From an uncultured Holophagales bacterium (GTDB taxonomy: Bacteria; Acidobacteriota; Thermoanaerobaculia; Multivoradales; UBA5704), in the NCBI GenBank assembly GCA_963842525.1, contig CAWJGT010000003.1:1344001-1408000 (forward strand): DNA of 64,000 bases. The letters run 5' to 3'. Positions within the stretch are counted from its first letter, which is position 1; each line of letters begins with the position of its first letter. Shown here one piece after another: positions 19,071 to 30,124 of this stretch. The position numbers were made by a program, and so were the translations under genes. Under the pieces are notes generated by a model that did not search any database, had not been told where the DNA came from, and saw only the letters and a program-made list of their open reading frames with translations.

Positions 19071-19993
19071 GTGCCGGCGCGTTCCGATGTATTTCCCGGT
19101 GCCGCGCTGACCCGCCACAGCCCGGCGACGATCAGCGCGAAGCCCAGCCCCTCGATCCACCCGAACGTCTCGCCCAGGAAGGCGGCGGCGAGCGCGGCGG
19201 TGACCAGGGGCTGGAGCGTGCTGTAGGCCGCCACCAGGGCAGGGGAGGAGCGGCGGACCGCCCAGGTGTTGACCGCGTAGGCGAAGACCGTGGCCAGCAG
19301 GACGATGTAGGCCACCCCCCACCAGGCCGCGGCCGGGACCGCGGCGTAGTCCAGCTTCACCAGGGCCGGCAGGCTGACGACCAGGACGGCGCCGCCGCCG
19401 AAGACGAACGAGGCGGCGATCAGCGTCCGCCACGGGATGCGCTGCAGCAGCGGCCTCTGGAGCACCAGGAACAGGGCATAGCAGAGGCAGTTGATCAGGA
19501 TCAGGAGGTTGCCCAGTGCCGTCCCCGGGTCGGCCGAGAAACGCAGCGGGTTGACCATCACCAGGGCGCCGGCCACCGAGAGCAGGATGCCGGCCAGGCG
19601 CCGGGACCCGATCCGCTCGATCCCCAGGAGCGCCGCGGCCGCGGCGGCAAACACCGGCATCGAGGGCATGAGGATCGACGCATTGGTGGCCGTCGTGTGC
19701 TGCAGGCCCGTGATGAAGAAGACCTGGTTGGCGAAGATGCCGAGCCCGCCGAGCAGCGCGAGGAGCGGCCAGTCGCGGCGCTCCGGGAGGCAGCGGTCGT
19801 GCCGCCAGGCGAGCACGGCCAGGAGTGGCGTGGCGAAGGCGATCCGCAGGCCGGCGAGGGCCAGCGGGGAGAGCGAGGAGAGGGTTGCCTTCGCCACCAC
19901 GTGGAAGCCGCCGAAGGCGAGTTGGGCCAGGAGGAGAGCGAGATGCACGCGCCAGCTCGGAGCGGCTTGAGGGGGAGCGTCCGGAGCGGCCAT
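19067..19993 (-). CDS. DMT/EamA family transporter
   Basis: about 10 hydrophobic segments in two EamA-like repeats. Confidence 0.88.
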   Translation of the reverse strand: MAAPDAPPQAAPSWRVHLALLLAQLAFGGFHVVAKATLSSLSPLALAGLRIAFATPLLAVLAWRHDRCLPERRDWPLLALLGGLGIFANQVFFITGLQHTTATNASILMPSMPVFAAAAAALLGIERIGSRRLAGILLSVAGALVMVNPLRFSADPGTALGNLLILINCLCYALFLVLQRPLLQRIPWRTLIAASFVFGGGAVLVVSLPALVKLDYAAVPAAAWWGVAYIVLLATVFAYAVNTWAVRRSSPALVAAYSTLQPLVTAALAAAFLGETFGWIEGLGFALIVAGLWRVSAAPGNTSERAGT

Positions 19994-20100
19994 GGCGGGC
20001 GCAAGGATATGCCGATTTGCGCCCCTGCCGGTCGGCCCGATACAATCCGGCCCGCCCCCTGGGCAGGCCTGCGACGGCTCCCCGGGCTCCCTGACAAGCG

Positions 20101-20550
20101 ATGATCGACACGACCTCGGAAGCCCGCATCCGCCCGCTCGATGAGCTCGACATCGGAGCCATCGTCGGCATTGATGAAAAGATCAGCGGCCAGTACCGGC
20201 CGGAAGTTTGGGAGCGCCGCATCGGTTATTACCTGCGGCGGGACCCGGAGGCCTCCGTGGTCGCCGAGTTGGGCGGCAAGGTCGTCGGGTTCATGCTGGG
20301 GGAGGTCCGCTCCGGCGAGTTCGGGCTCGAGGAGCCCACGGGGTGGATCGAGGTGCTGGGCGTTGATCCTGGCGCGCGGGGCAAGGCCCTCGGCCGCCGC
20401 ATGGCCGAGGCGATGCTCGAGCACTTCCGGGCCCAGGGCGCTCACAGCGTCCGCACACTGGTCGACGAGAATCAGGAAGAGCTGTCGAGCTTCTTCCGTT
20501 CCGTGGGTTTCGCGGCGGGAAGCCAGCGCGCTTTCGTCCGCGCCCTGTAG
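20101..20550 (+). CDS. GNAT N-acetyltransferase
   Basis: VVGFMLG, IEVLGVDPGARGKALG acetyl-CoA motif A. Confidence 0.88.
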   Translation: MIDTTSEARIRPLDELDIGAIVGIDEKISGQYRPEVWERRIGYYLRRDPEASVVAELGGKVVGFMLGEVRSGEFGLEEPTGWIEVLGVDPGARGKALGRRMAEAMLEHFRAQGAHSVRTLVDENQEELSSFFRSVGFAAGSQRAFVRAL

Positions 20551-20565
20551 TGAGATGGGAGAGAG

Positions 20566-21900
20566 ATGAGCTTCAGGACCGCGACTCTACCGAAGAATTT
20601 TCACAATGCCGTGCTGAAGTGGCGGGATACCTATATTCCGGACTACGACTACCTGCTCGAGAACTGGGACAAGCACTTCCCGAACGAGCCCCGGTTCGAG
20701 CTCTGCGCCTATCGCCAGCTCGGCATGTGCACCGAGGTCGAGTGCGGCGACATGAAGGGCAAGCCCAAGGCCATGCACGCCGCCGACCTGATGCCCGAGC
20801 AGGCGCATCACCTCTTCGGCGCCATCCGCGCCCAGGCTTCCACGGAGTTCGGCTCCATCCAGCAGCACCGGCTGACCCTGGCCCGCGCCCAGGAGGAAGA
20901 GGAGCAGTTCTGGATCCTCCGCATGATGGCCGAGGAGCTGCGGCATGGCTACCAGATGCTCCACCTCCTGGTCGAGGACGACTGGTCCTCCGTCTCCCAG
21001 GAGAGCGGCGCCGACCTCGTCGAAGACATCCTCTCGATGAACACCGGCTCCCACATCCTGGGGGCGTTCAACATCGACTTCGATTCGTTCGTCGACAACG
21101 TCGTCTTCTGCGCCCTGATCGACCGCGTCGGCAAGTACCAGCTCCAGATGCAGAAGATCAGCGCCTACCAGCCGATGGCCGAGAGCATGCCCCAGATGCT
21201 GCGCGAGGAGGCCTTCCACCTCGCGGCCGGCGTGGTGCCGATGCGGCGCTGGGCCACCGCCGCGGCGCAGGGCGGCACGTTCATCACCATGGCCGACCTG
21301 CAGAAGGCGATCAACAAGTGGTTCCCGCGCGCCATGGAGATGTTCGGCGACGAGCGCGGCGGCGGCACGAACGTGCGCTACGGCCTCAAGCCCATGAAGA
21401 ACTCCGAGGCGCAGCGGCAGTACTACGAAGAGGTCGAGAAGCTGGTCCGCGACCTGAATGTCCGCTACCTGCGGGCGCGCGTGACGACACTCTCCCACGG
21501 CGACTCCGAGGCGGCCCTGGACCGCATCCTCGCCGGCGAGACGGTCGAAGGGGTCCGCCGCGAGGACCTGCTGCAGCTTCCGCATCCGGACTACTTCCGC
21601 CGCCGCGGCGTGCCGGCCTTCCACATGACCGGCTGGAGCGGCGAGACCTGGACCGACCTGCCTGCCTATCTCCAGCATCTGGTCCAGACGCTGCCCGACG
21701 CCTACCGCGCCAGCCGCGACTTCAAGGACTACGTCCAGAGCCTCGCCGAAGTGGCCGAGGGGCTCACCACCGCCAAAGATGCCGCTGCGCGCATGCCCAG
21801 CCTGCGGCGGATGGCGGGGGCCTGCCCGTGCTCCAAGTCGGTGCGCTGGATCGCGGACGAAGCCCGGCCGGCGGCGACGCCGGCGACCACCACCGCCTGA
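20566..21900 (+). CDS. ferritin-like di-iron protein, BoxB/PaaA-like ring-epoxidase family
   Basis: QASTEFGSIQQH, EELRH, ILGAFN, DRVGKYQL, EEAFH: two EExxH iron motifs arranged as in BoxB. Confidence 0.75.
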   Translation: MSFRTATLPKNFHNAVLKWRDTYIPDYDYLLENWDKHFPNEPRFELCAYRQLGMCTEVECGDMKGKPKAMHAADLMPEQAHHLFGAIRAQASTEFGSIQQHRLTLARAQEEEEQFWILRMMAEELRHGYQMLHLLVEDDWSSVSQESGADLVEDILSMNTGSHILGAFNIDFDSFVDNVVFCALIDRVGKYQLQMQKISAYQPMAESMPQMLREEAFHLAAGVVPMRRWATAAAQGGTFITMADLQKAINKWFPRAMEMFGDERGGGTNVRYGLKPMKNSEAQRQYYEEVEKLVRDLNVRYLRARVTTLSHGDSEAALDRILAGETVEGVRREDLLQLPHPDYFRRRGVPAFHMTGWSGETWTDLPAYLQHLVQTLPDAYRASRDFKDYVQSLAEVAEGLTTAKDAAARMPSLRRMAGACPCSKSVRWIADEARPAATPATTTA

Positions 21901-21949
21901 TCCAGGCAGTCATCCAGAACCGACCGACAGTCGATCCGGGGGCCGAGAG

Positions 21950-22849
21950 ATGAGCGTGTTCAACCGCCTGCTCGTCACTGCTCTGCCCCTGGCGCCGAAA
22001 GCCATCGTCGGCCGGGTGGCGTCGCGCTACGTGGCCGGCGAGACGCTGGACCAGGCCCTCCAGGTCGTACGCAACCTCAACTCTCAGGGGGCCATGGCCA
22101 CCGTCGACGTCCTGGGCGAGGAGGTCAAGGAGCGGGACAAGGCCCTGGCCGCGGTCGACGAGTACGTCCGCGTCTTCCAGGCCATCGAAGAGCACAAGCT
22201 GGACTCCAACGTCTCCATCAAGCTCACCCTCCTCGGCCTCAAGATCGACGAAGGGTTCTGCCGCGACAACGTCGAGCGGATCGCCGCCGTGGCCAAGCAG
22301 TACGGCAACTTCGTCCGCATCGACATGGAGGACCACACCTGCACGGACGCGACGCTGCGGATCTACCGCGAGCTGCACGCCCGCCACGGCAACCTGGGGG
22401 CGGTCCTGCAGGCGTACATGCGGCGCACTCTCCAGGACATCTCCGAGCTGCCGCGGGAAAACCCCAGCGTGCGGCTGTGCAAGGGCATCTACGTGGAGCC
22501 GCGGCGGGTCGCCTGGAAGGGCTACGACACGGTGCGGGCGAATTACGTCCTGGCTCTCGAAAAGCTCCTGGCCAACGGTGTCTACGTCGGGATCGCGACC
22601 CACGACGAGTACCTCGCGGCCCAGGCGGTCGGCCTGCTCGACAAGCACGGCGTGCCGCGCGACCGCTACGAGTTCCAGATGCTCCTCGGGGTTGACGAGG
22701 AGCTGCGCCGCATCCTCATCCAGGGCGGCCACCGGTTGCGGGTCTACGTCCCCTACGGCCGGGACTGGTATCCCTATTCGATCCGCCGCCTGCGCGAGAA
22801 CCCCGAGGTCGCCGGCCACGTCCTGCGCGCGCTGCTCGCCGGCCGGTGA
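21950..22849 (+). CDS. monofunctional proline dehydrogenase
   Basis: RYVAGE, SIKLT, RIDME, RLCKGIY, IATHD, EFQMLLG, YVPYG, RRLRE. Confidence 0.92.
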   Translation: MSVFNRLLVTALPLAPKAIVGRVASRYVAGETLDQALQVVRNLNSQGAMATVDVLGEEVKERDKALAAVDEYVRVFQAIEEHKLDSNVSIKLTLLGLKIDEGFCRDNVERIAAVAKQYGNFVRIDMEDHTCTDATLRIYRELHARHGNLGAVLQAYMRRTLQDISELPRENPSVRLCKGIYVEPRRVAWKGYDTVRANYVLALEKLLANGVYVGIATHDEYLAAQAVGLLDKHGVPRDRYEFQMLLGVDEELRRILIQGGHRLRVYVPYGRDWYPYSIRRLRENPEVAGHVLRALLAGR

Positions 22850-22863
22850 GCCCACCCTGGGCT

Positions 22864-25539
22864 TCAGGGGGGCGCCAGGATCTGGAGCCGGGCCGTGGGG
22901 ACGGCCTTCGTCACCGTCACCGTTCCGTCGCCGGTGCGCCGGAACCAGAGCATCGGCTCCATCTGGAGCTGCTCCGCCGGGCTGAGCTGCCACCAGACCG
23001 CGTCCCCTTCGAAGGAGCCCGTCCCGATATCGAAGCTGCCGGTCACGGGTGAGATCGGCCGGCCTTCGACTTCCCCGCGCGACGAGCGGTCCCCGAGGTC
23101 GATCTCCAGGACGCCGCGCTGCAGCCGATCGCCGGGCGGGAAGTCCAGGCTCCAGACGCCGAAGAGCTTCTGCTGCACCGGATCGATCACATGGAGGCCC
23201 AGCCGGTAGAGGCGCTCGCCGGCGTTGTCGGGCCGCAGCAGGACCGCCTCGAAGCGGACCCGCTCCTCCGCCGGGGCCGCCTGTTCCAGGTAGACGGCGC
23301 CGACGGGCAGGCGGGACGTCTCCACGCAAGCCCCTCGCTTGCCGGTCGCGGTTCCCAGGACCTGCACGTCCGACAGGACCGCCTCGCCCGTGTGGCCGAC
23401 CGCGAGGCTCTCCTTGCCCAGGCAGCCGAGGTCCAGGTCGAGGAGCCAGCCTCCGGCCGAGAGCGGCACCGTGCCCTCGGAGCCGGCCACCGACACGCGG
23501 CCGTTGTCGCTCAGGCTGAACAGGTGGACCTGGACCGTCCGGGGCGTGTCGGGTCCCAGGCCCGCCTCCCGGACCTCCTGGTCCAGGCGAGCCGTCAGGA
23601 CGCCGTTCCCGCGGTCGAGGCCGATCTCCAGAACGGCCGCTTCAGGCCAGGGCGTCTCCAGCCTCAGGTCGGCCAGGGTGGAGTCGTTGCGTGCGCGCAG
23701 CTCGTAGCGCCGGTTGCCCCAGAGGCGGGAGTAGCTCCCGGGGTTGTACCAGGGCTCGCTCAGCGTGTCCTGCCGCTGCGCATCCAGGTCTTTTTCGACC
23801 AGGGCATACCGGAAGAACGCCTTGGCCGCTCCGGGCGTCTCCACGTGGGAAGCGAACAGGCGCTCGCGATAGCGGATGCTCTGGTCGCGCATCAGGACGC
23901 CAAACCAATGCTGGCGCAGGCCCGGCGACAGATCGAGGAGGACCCACGCATTGGGCTTCAGCCTGGATGCCGCCGCCGCGGCGTCGATCAGCTCCTTGTC
24001 CACCACGAGACGGTTCTTGGTCACGTACGACACGGTCCAGAGCGTGTGCTTGGCATTGACGACGAGGAGGAGCAGGGCCGCCGCGGCAGCCAGGCCCCGG
24101 CGCCGGCGCGAGGGGGACCGCCAGACCGCGACGATCCCTGCCGCCACCAGCGCCAGGATCTGGGGTGTCATCGCCGAGACCGCCTTGAACCAGCCATAGG
24201 GATAGCCATGGGGCAGGTTGACCCCCCAGCGCTGCTGGGCGGCGAGGGCGACGCTGACCAGCAGCACGGTGCCCGTGGTGAGACGGGCGCCGCGCTCGAG
24301 CCTCCACCAGCCGTAGGCCGCCAGGCCGAAGAACACCAGCCCGAGCGCCATCAGGATCGGAAAAGGGACTCGCGGCCACGGCGCGCCGCCGTACGTCGCC
24401 GCTGAGACATGGGCGATCAGCCCCAGAGCCTCGATCACCGGCGGGAAGACCAGGATGTTCCCGCGTCCGACGTATTTCGCCCCTTCCGGAGCGAGGAGAT
24501 GGGAAACGAAGCCGAGCTCGGACCCGGCGCGGAAGAGAGCGACGCCGTTCCAGGCCACTGCCGCCGCGAAGGCCGCCAGCCACCAGAGGGCCGCCCGGCC
24601 CAGGGCCCGCCCGCGCGGCTCGCCGGGGCGGCGGAGCCAGACCACCCCCCAGCAGCCGAGGATCGCGGCGAGGGCATAGAGGGCGTAGACAGGGTAGACC
24701 GAGACCAGGGCGCTCAGGAGAAGCCCGAACAGCGCGGCCGTCCGCCACCCCGGCCGGCGCTGCGCCTCGACCCCGACACAGAGCACCAGGGGCATGAAGC
24801 CGAGGGCGATCGTCTGGGAGAGGAAGTTGTCGTAGGCCGGCCAGAGGAGCAGGTTGCTGAGCCCTGCCAGGGCCGCCGCCAGCAGCGCCCCGGCCCGGCC
24901 CAGGCGCAGGGAGACGCGCGCCCAGAGGAACACCGAGCCCGCGGTGAGGGCGAAGAAGAGGGCCGGCACCACGCTCAGCAGCTCGTAGCTGCGCCGGCCG
25001 GTGAGCAGCCCCAGGACGCCGACCAGCATCACGTCTCCGGCGCGGATCAGGCCGATCTGGGCCCGCACCCAGCCGAGGTAGGGCTTGCCCGCCTCGACGT
25101 CCGGGAGCCGCAGGGTGGAATCCTGCAGGTACTCTGAACGGACTGCATAGGAGATGCCGTCGATCGTCGCCCCGAGGGTCGTCAGGTATCCCAGGAGGAA
25201 GAGCGGCGCGGCGGCGATCAGAGAGGCGAGCAGGCAGATGCCGAGCGCCGCCTTGACCTCGCGGGGGACGCGGCGCAGGCGCCGGTCGCGGAGGACCGTG
25301 ATCCAGCCGGCCGCCGCCAGGCCCACGAACAGCCAGAGCCCCGAGCGCAGGGGGTACCCCGAGGCGCTGAGGTAGTGGCCCAGCGCCGAGATGAGCCCGA
25401 AGCCCAGAAAGGGGGCGATGAGCGGCAGGAAAGGCCGCCAGCGCCATGGTACGAGCAGCCGGGACAGGAGGAGCCCACACCCCCAGAGGAGGCCGGCCGC
25501 GGTCGCGGTGACGACGACGAGGTCGAGGATCGCTCTCAT
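22864..25539 (-). CDS. polytopic membrane protein with soluble C-terminus (possible GT-C glycosyltransferase)
   Basis: more than 12 hydrophobic segments from MRAILDL; glycosyltransferase neighbourhood; function is inferred. Confidence 0.7.
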   Translation of the reverse strand: MRAILDLVVVTATAAGLLWGCGLLLSRLLVPWRWRPFLPLIAPFLGFGLISALGHYLSASGYPLRSGLWLFVGLAAAGWITVLRDRRLRRVPREVKAALGICLLASLIAAAPLFLLGYLTTLGATIDGISYAVRSEYLQDSTLRLPDVEAGKPYLGWVRAQIGLIRAGDVMLVGVLGLLTGRRSYELLSVVPALFFALTAGSVFLWARVSLRLGRAGALLAAALAGLSNLLLWPAYDNFLSQTIALGFMPLVLCVGVEAQRRPGWRTAALFGLLLSALVSVYPVYALYALAAILGCWGVVWLRRPGEPRGRALGRAALWWLAAFAAAVAWNGVALFRAGSELGFVSHLLAPEGAKYVGRGNILVFPPVIEALGLIAHVSAATYGGAPWPRVPFPILMALGLVFFGLAAYGWWRLERGARLTTGTVLLVSVALAAQQRWGVNLPHGYPYGWFKAVSAMTPQILALVAAGIVAVWRSPSRRRRGLAAAAALLLLVVNAKHTLWTVSYVTKNRLVVDKELIDAAAAASRLKPNAWVLLDLSPGLRQHWFGVLMRDQSIRYRERLFASHVETPGAAKAFFRYALVEKDLDAQRQDTLSEPWYNPGSYSRLWGNRRYELRARNDSTLADLRLETPWPEAAVLEIGLDRGNGVLTARLDQEVREAGLGPDTPRTVQVHLFSLSDNGRVSVAGSEGTVPLSAGGWLLDLDLGCLGKESLAVGHTGEAVLSDVQVLGTATGKRGACVETSRLPVGAVYLEQAAPAEERVRFEAVLLRPDNAGERLYRLGLHVIDPVQQKLFGVWSLDFPPGDRLQRGVLEIDLGDRSSRGEVEGRPISPVTGSFDIGTGSFEGDAVWWQLSPAEQLQMEPMLWFRRTGDGTVTVTKAVPTARLQILAPP

Positions 25540-27323
25540 CCGCAACGTGGAGGACGGGGAAGAAAAAGGTCCGGGATGCGCATCGCAGAGCATCACTTTA
25601 ACAGATCGGGCGGCCTGGGCCCGGGCTGCGATAGAATGCGCGCCGTCGGCGTCCTGCGCCGGACCTCCCCGCGAGCCCAACCCGCCATGCCCTCCCTCCC
25701 GGATCGCACGCCTTCGAGCTGCGCCGCCGCGCGGATGGGCGCCGGCGAGGGGGCCTGGCTCGCCGCGGGCGTGCTGCTGCTCGCCGCCCTCCTCGCCGTC
25801 TGGATGGACCTCTCGCCGGTCCACCGCCATCACAACGCGGACTCGTTCGTCCCCATCCTGGCGAGCCTCTACCACTGGACACCCTTCTACTGGGCTCAGA
25901 ACCGCTTCGGCATGCTGGTCCCCCTGCTCGCCCTGCCGGTCGAGCACCCGTTCGGCAACCTCCTGGTGCAGGTTGCGCTGCGGATCTTCGCGGTCCTGCT
26001 GGCCTTCTTCCTGCTCGCCCGCGCCGCCGTGCCCCGGGCCTACTGGCCGGCCGTGGGCGCCCTGGCCCTCGTCCTCTTCCTCGGCGGCAAGGACCTGGCG
26101 GAGCAGAGCTTCATGTACATGCAGCCCTACGGGCAGTCGATCGCGCTGAGCCTCGGCGGGCTGCTGCTCCTGGAGCGCCGCGGTGGTCCCCCTTGGCCCC
26201 TGCGGCCCCTGCATCCCCTGGCGATGGCGGTCGGCCTGGTGCTCCTGGCCCTGGGTGCCTGGGTGGCGCCCTCGGACCTGCTCTGGCTGGTCCCCTTCCT
26301 CCTCCTCCGGAACGCCTTCGGCCTGGCTCCGGAGGGAGAGGAGGAAGCGCCTGACCGGCCCTGGCCCGGCCGCCTCATCCCCGGCCTGCGGACGCTCGCG
26401 CTCCTGGCCGCCGTGATGGCCGCCTTCGCGCTGAGCGTGCTCATCTCCTGGCTGGCACCGTACCACCTGACCTCCTTCGGCGTGGCTCCGCCGAGCGTCT
26501 GGCTGCCGGCCTGGCAGCGTCTCGTGGAGAGCGCCGCGTCCTACCTTACGCTGCCTGTGCTCGCCATCGTGGGCTCCCTCGTCGCCGTTCTCGCCGTCTT
26601 CGCTTTGCGGAATCGGAGCGCCCTGGCGGCCCGGCGGGCGCTCGCGGCCGGCCTCGTCCTGCTGGGCACGGCGCTGGCGCAGCTCGCCGCCCTGGGGATC
26701 ACCCGCTGGCTGCAGATGAACCAGCTCAGCACCCGCTATCTGACCCCCGGGTTCCTCGCCGTGGCGACGGCCCTGTCGGCCATGCTCCTGATCGCGGCCC
26801 TGGAGGGGCGGTCCGCGCGCTGGCACCGCGTTGCCAACGTCCTGGCGCTGGCGGCGCTCCTCGCCGTCGTTGCCTTCCGCTATGGCCCTCCCTCGGTCTC
26901 CCGGGCCCGGACTGCCCTCGAAGCCGGCCTGGGCCGCGACGCGCACGCCCTCGTCGCCGCGGAGTGCACGCACGTGATCGGGGATTACTGGCGGGTCTGG
27001 CCGGCCGTCTACCACGCCAACCTGATGCGCTGGGACAAGGGAGAGAGCCGGCCGGTCTGGGGCATCTCCTTCCGGGCCGAGCCGACCCGCGACCTGTGGT
27101 GGCAGGGGGACTGGGGCGGGGCCCGGATTGCGACCTTCCCGGGGGACCGCTGGGCCAGGACCTACCGGCGCAATTTCAGACTGCCACGCCTCTATCCGCG
27201 CGAGCGGGTCGGGACCGTGCGGGTCTATTCCGCCGTTCCGGCGCGCCCGGGCCCGAGGGATCCGGTCGTCCTTGCCGGGGCCCGGCGGCGTGCTATCGTA
27301 GCGCGCTGCTCGAAGGGGTCCCC

Positions 27324-28769
<1,446 letters not shown>

Positions 28770-28774
28770 GCGGC

Positions 28775-30124
28775 TCAAGCGAATCCGAGCCCGAGCTCGC
28801 GATAGAGATCCAGGTACGCTGCGGCGGCCGTCCGCGCGTTGGCCAAGGGACCGGCAACCTCCGGCCGTACCTCGGGCGGATCGCCGCGCCGTATCATCTC
28901 GCGCAACGCGCGGACGACCCCCTCCGCCCCTTCTCCGAGAGGGACCAGCCTCCCGGCTCCGAGCCGGGGTACGCGTTCGCCGAGGGCGCCCAGGTCGAAG
29001 GCGAGCACCGGCACGCCGGCGGCGCCGCATTCGTCGAGGACCAGGCCGTAGGACTCGGGGACGATCGAAAGGAGAAGGGCGAGGTCGACACGGCCGCGGT
29101 GGAGGAGCCCGGGCAGGGTGCCGCTCCGGTAGTAGCCGCGGACCCGCACGCCGAGACGGCGCAGGCGGAGCAGCAACCCGAGGTCGCCTCCGCCATAGGC
29201 GCTCCAGCGCAGATCCTCTCCAGCCAGACGGCGGACGACATCCTCGAACACCAGCGCCCCCTTGTGCGCCTGGACGCCGCCGACCAGGGCGACTTGCTGG
29301 AGGGAGCCGCGGGCGACGGAGCTTCGGGAGAGCGCCAACCCAGGCGCGATCACGTGCTGCCGCTCGGACAGGCCGGGGAAGAGGTCCCGGTAGGCCTGCC
29401 GCAGGAAGTCCGACGGGAAAATGAGCGCCTCGGCGGCGGCCAGGAGCTCCGCGGCGATCTCGCGCCTGGTCCCTTGAAAGGCGTCCTCGACCGGCCAGTC
29501 CTCGCGCAGACATCGGCCGCAGCGGACAAGGTCGCGCGAGTACTCGCAGAAGCGGAGAGCCGGCTGCTCCAGGAGGTGCGGACGAGCGCAGAAGGCCGCG
29601 AAGTCGTGGAGCGAGAGGACCAGCCGGAGGCCCGCACGGCCCAGGCGGAGGAGGGACCCCAGAGGCAGGGCCGCCAGACCTTCCACGTGGACCGCCGACG
29701 CGCCGACAATGCCGACTGCCTCCCGGACCACCTCTTCGAAAGAGGCGTCCTCCAGAGAGACTCGTGAAACAGCCGTCCCGGGGAGACGGACTACGCGGCG
29801 CCTTGCACCCTCCTGGATTTCCAGATGCCAGCTTCTCTCGGCGGGATAGAGGAGCGCGAGGGGACGGATCTCCGCTTCGGCTTCGATCCGGGCGAGGAGC
29901 TGCGCCTGGACTCCGCCGAGGCGCGGGGCCGGCGGGGTGGCCGACAGGTTGAGGACGGGGACCGGCACCTCGGGGCGGTAACCTCCGGGGCCGGCCGGAG
30001 CGGGAGAGAACGACCGCCGCCGCCGCGCTTCGGCCAGCCGGTCCAGCACCCGGTCGCGGACCGCCGGCGCGCCTTCCGCCCGCAGCACCCGCCAGGCGAT
30101 GCGGACGCTTCCGGCCCGGCTCAA
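28775..30124 (-). CDS. GT4-like glycosyltransferase
   Basis: LHDFAAFC, IFPSDF, HKGA, PESYGLVLDE..AAGVPV; TTG overlaps the upstream TGA. Confidence 0.82.
   Translation of the reverse strand: MSRAGSVRIAWRVLRAEGAPAVRDRVLDRLAEARRRRSFSPAPAGPGGYRPEVPVPVLNLSATPPAPRLGGVQAQLLARIEAEAEIRPLALLYPAERSWHLEIQEGARRRVVRLPGTAVSRVSLEDASFEEVVREAVGIVGASAVHVEGLAALPLGSLLRLGRAGLRLVLSLHDFAAFCARPHLLEQPALRFCEYSRDLVRCGRCLREDWPVEDAFQGTRREIAAELLAAAEALIFPSDFLRQAYRDLFPGLSERQHVIAPGLALSRSSVARGSLQQVALVGGVQAHKGALVFEDVVRRLAGEDLRWSAYGGGDLGLLLRLRRLGVRVRGYYRSGTLPGLLHRGRVDLALLLSIVPESYGLVLDECGAAGVPVLAFDLGALGERVPRLGAGRLVPLGEGAEGVVRALREMIRRGDPPEVRPEVAGPLANARTAAAAYLDLYRELGLGFA

Noticed and set aside
22864-27015. 1383-aa ORF
   Set aside because: the first ~490 aa are antisense to the plus-strand membrane protein; the plausible start is 25539
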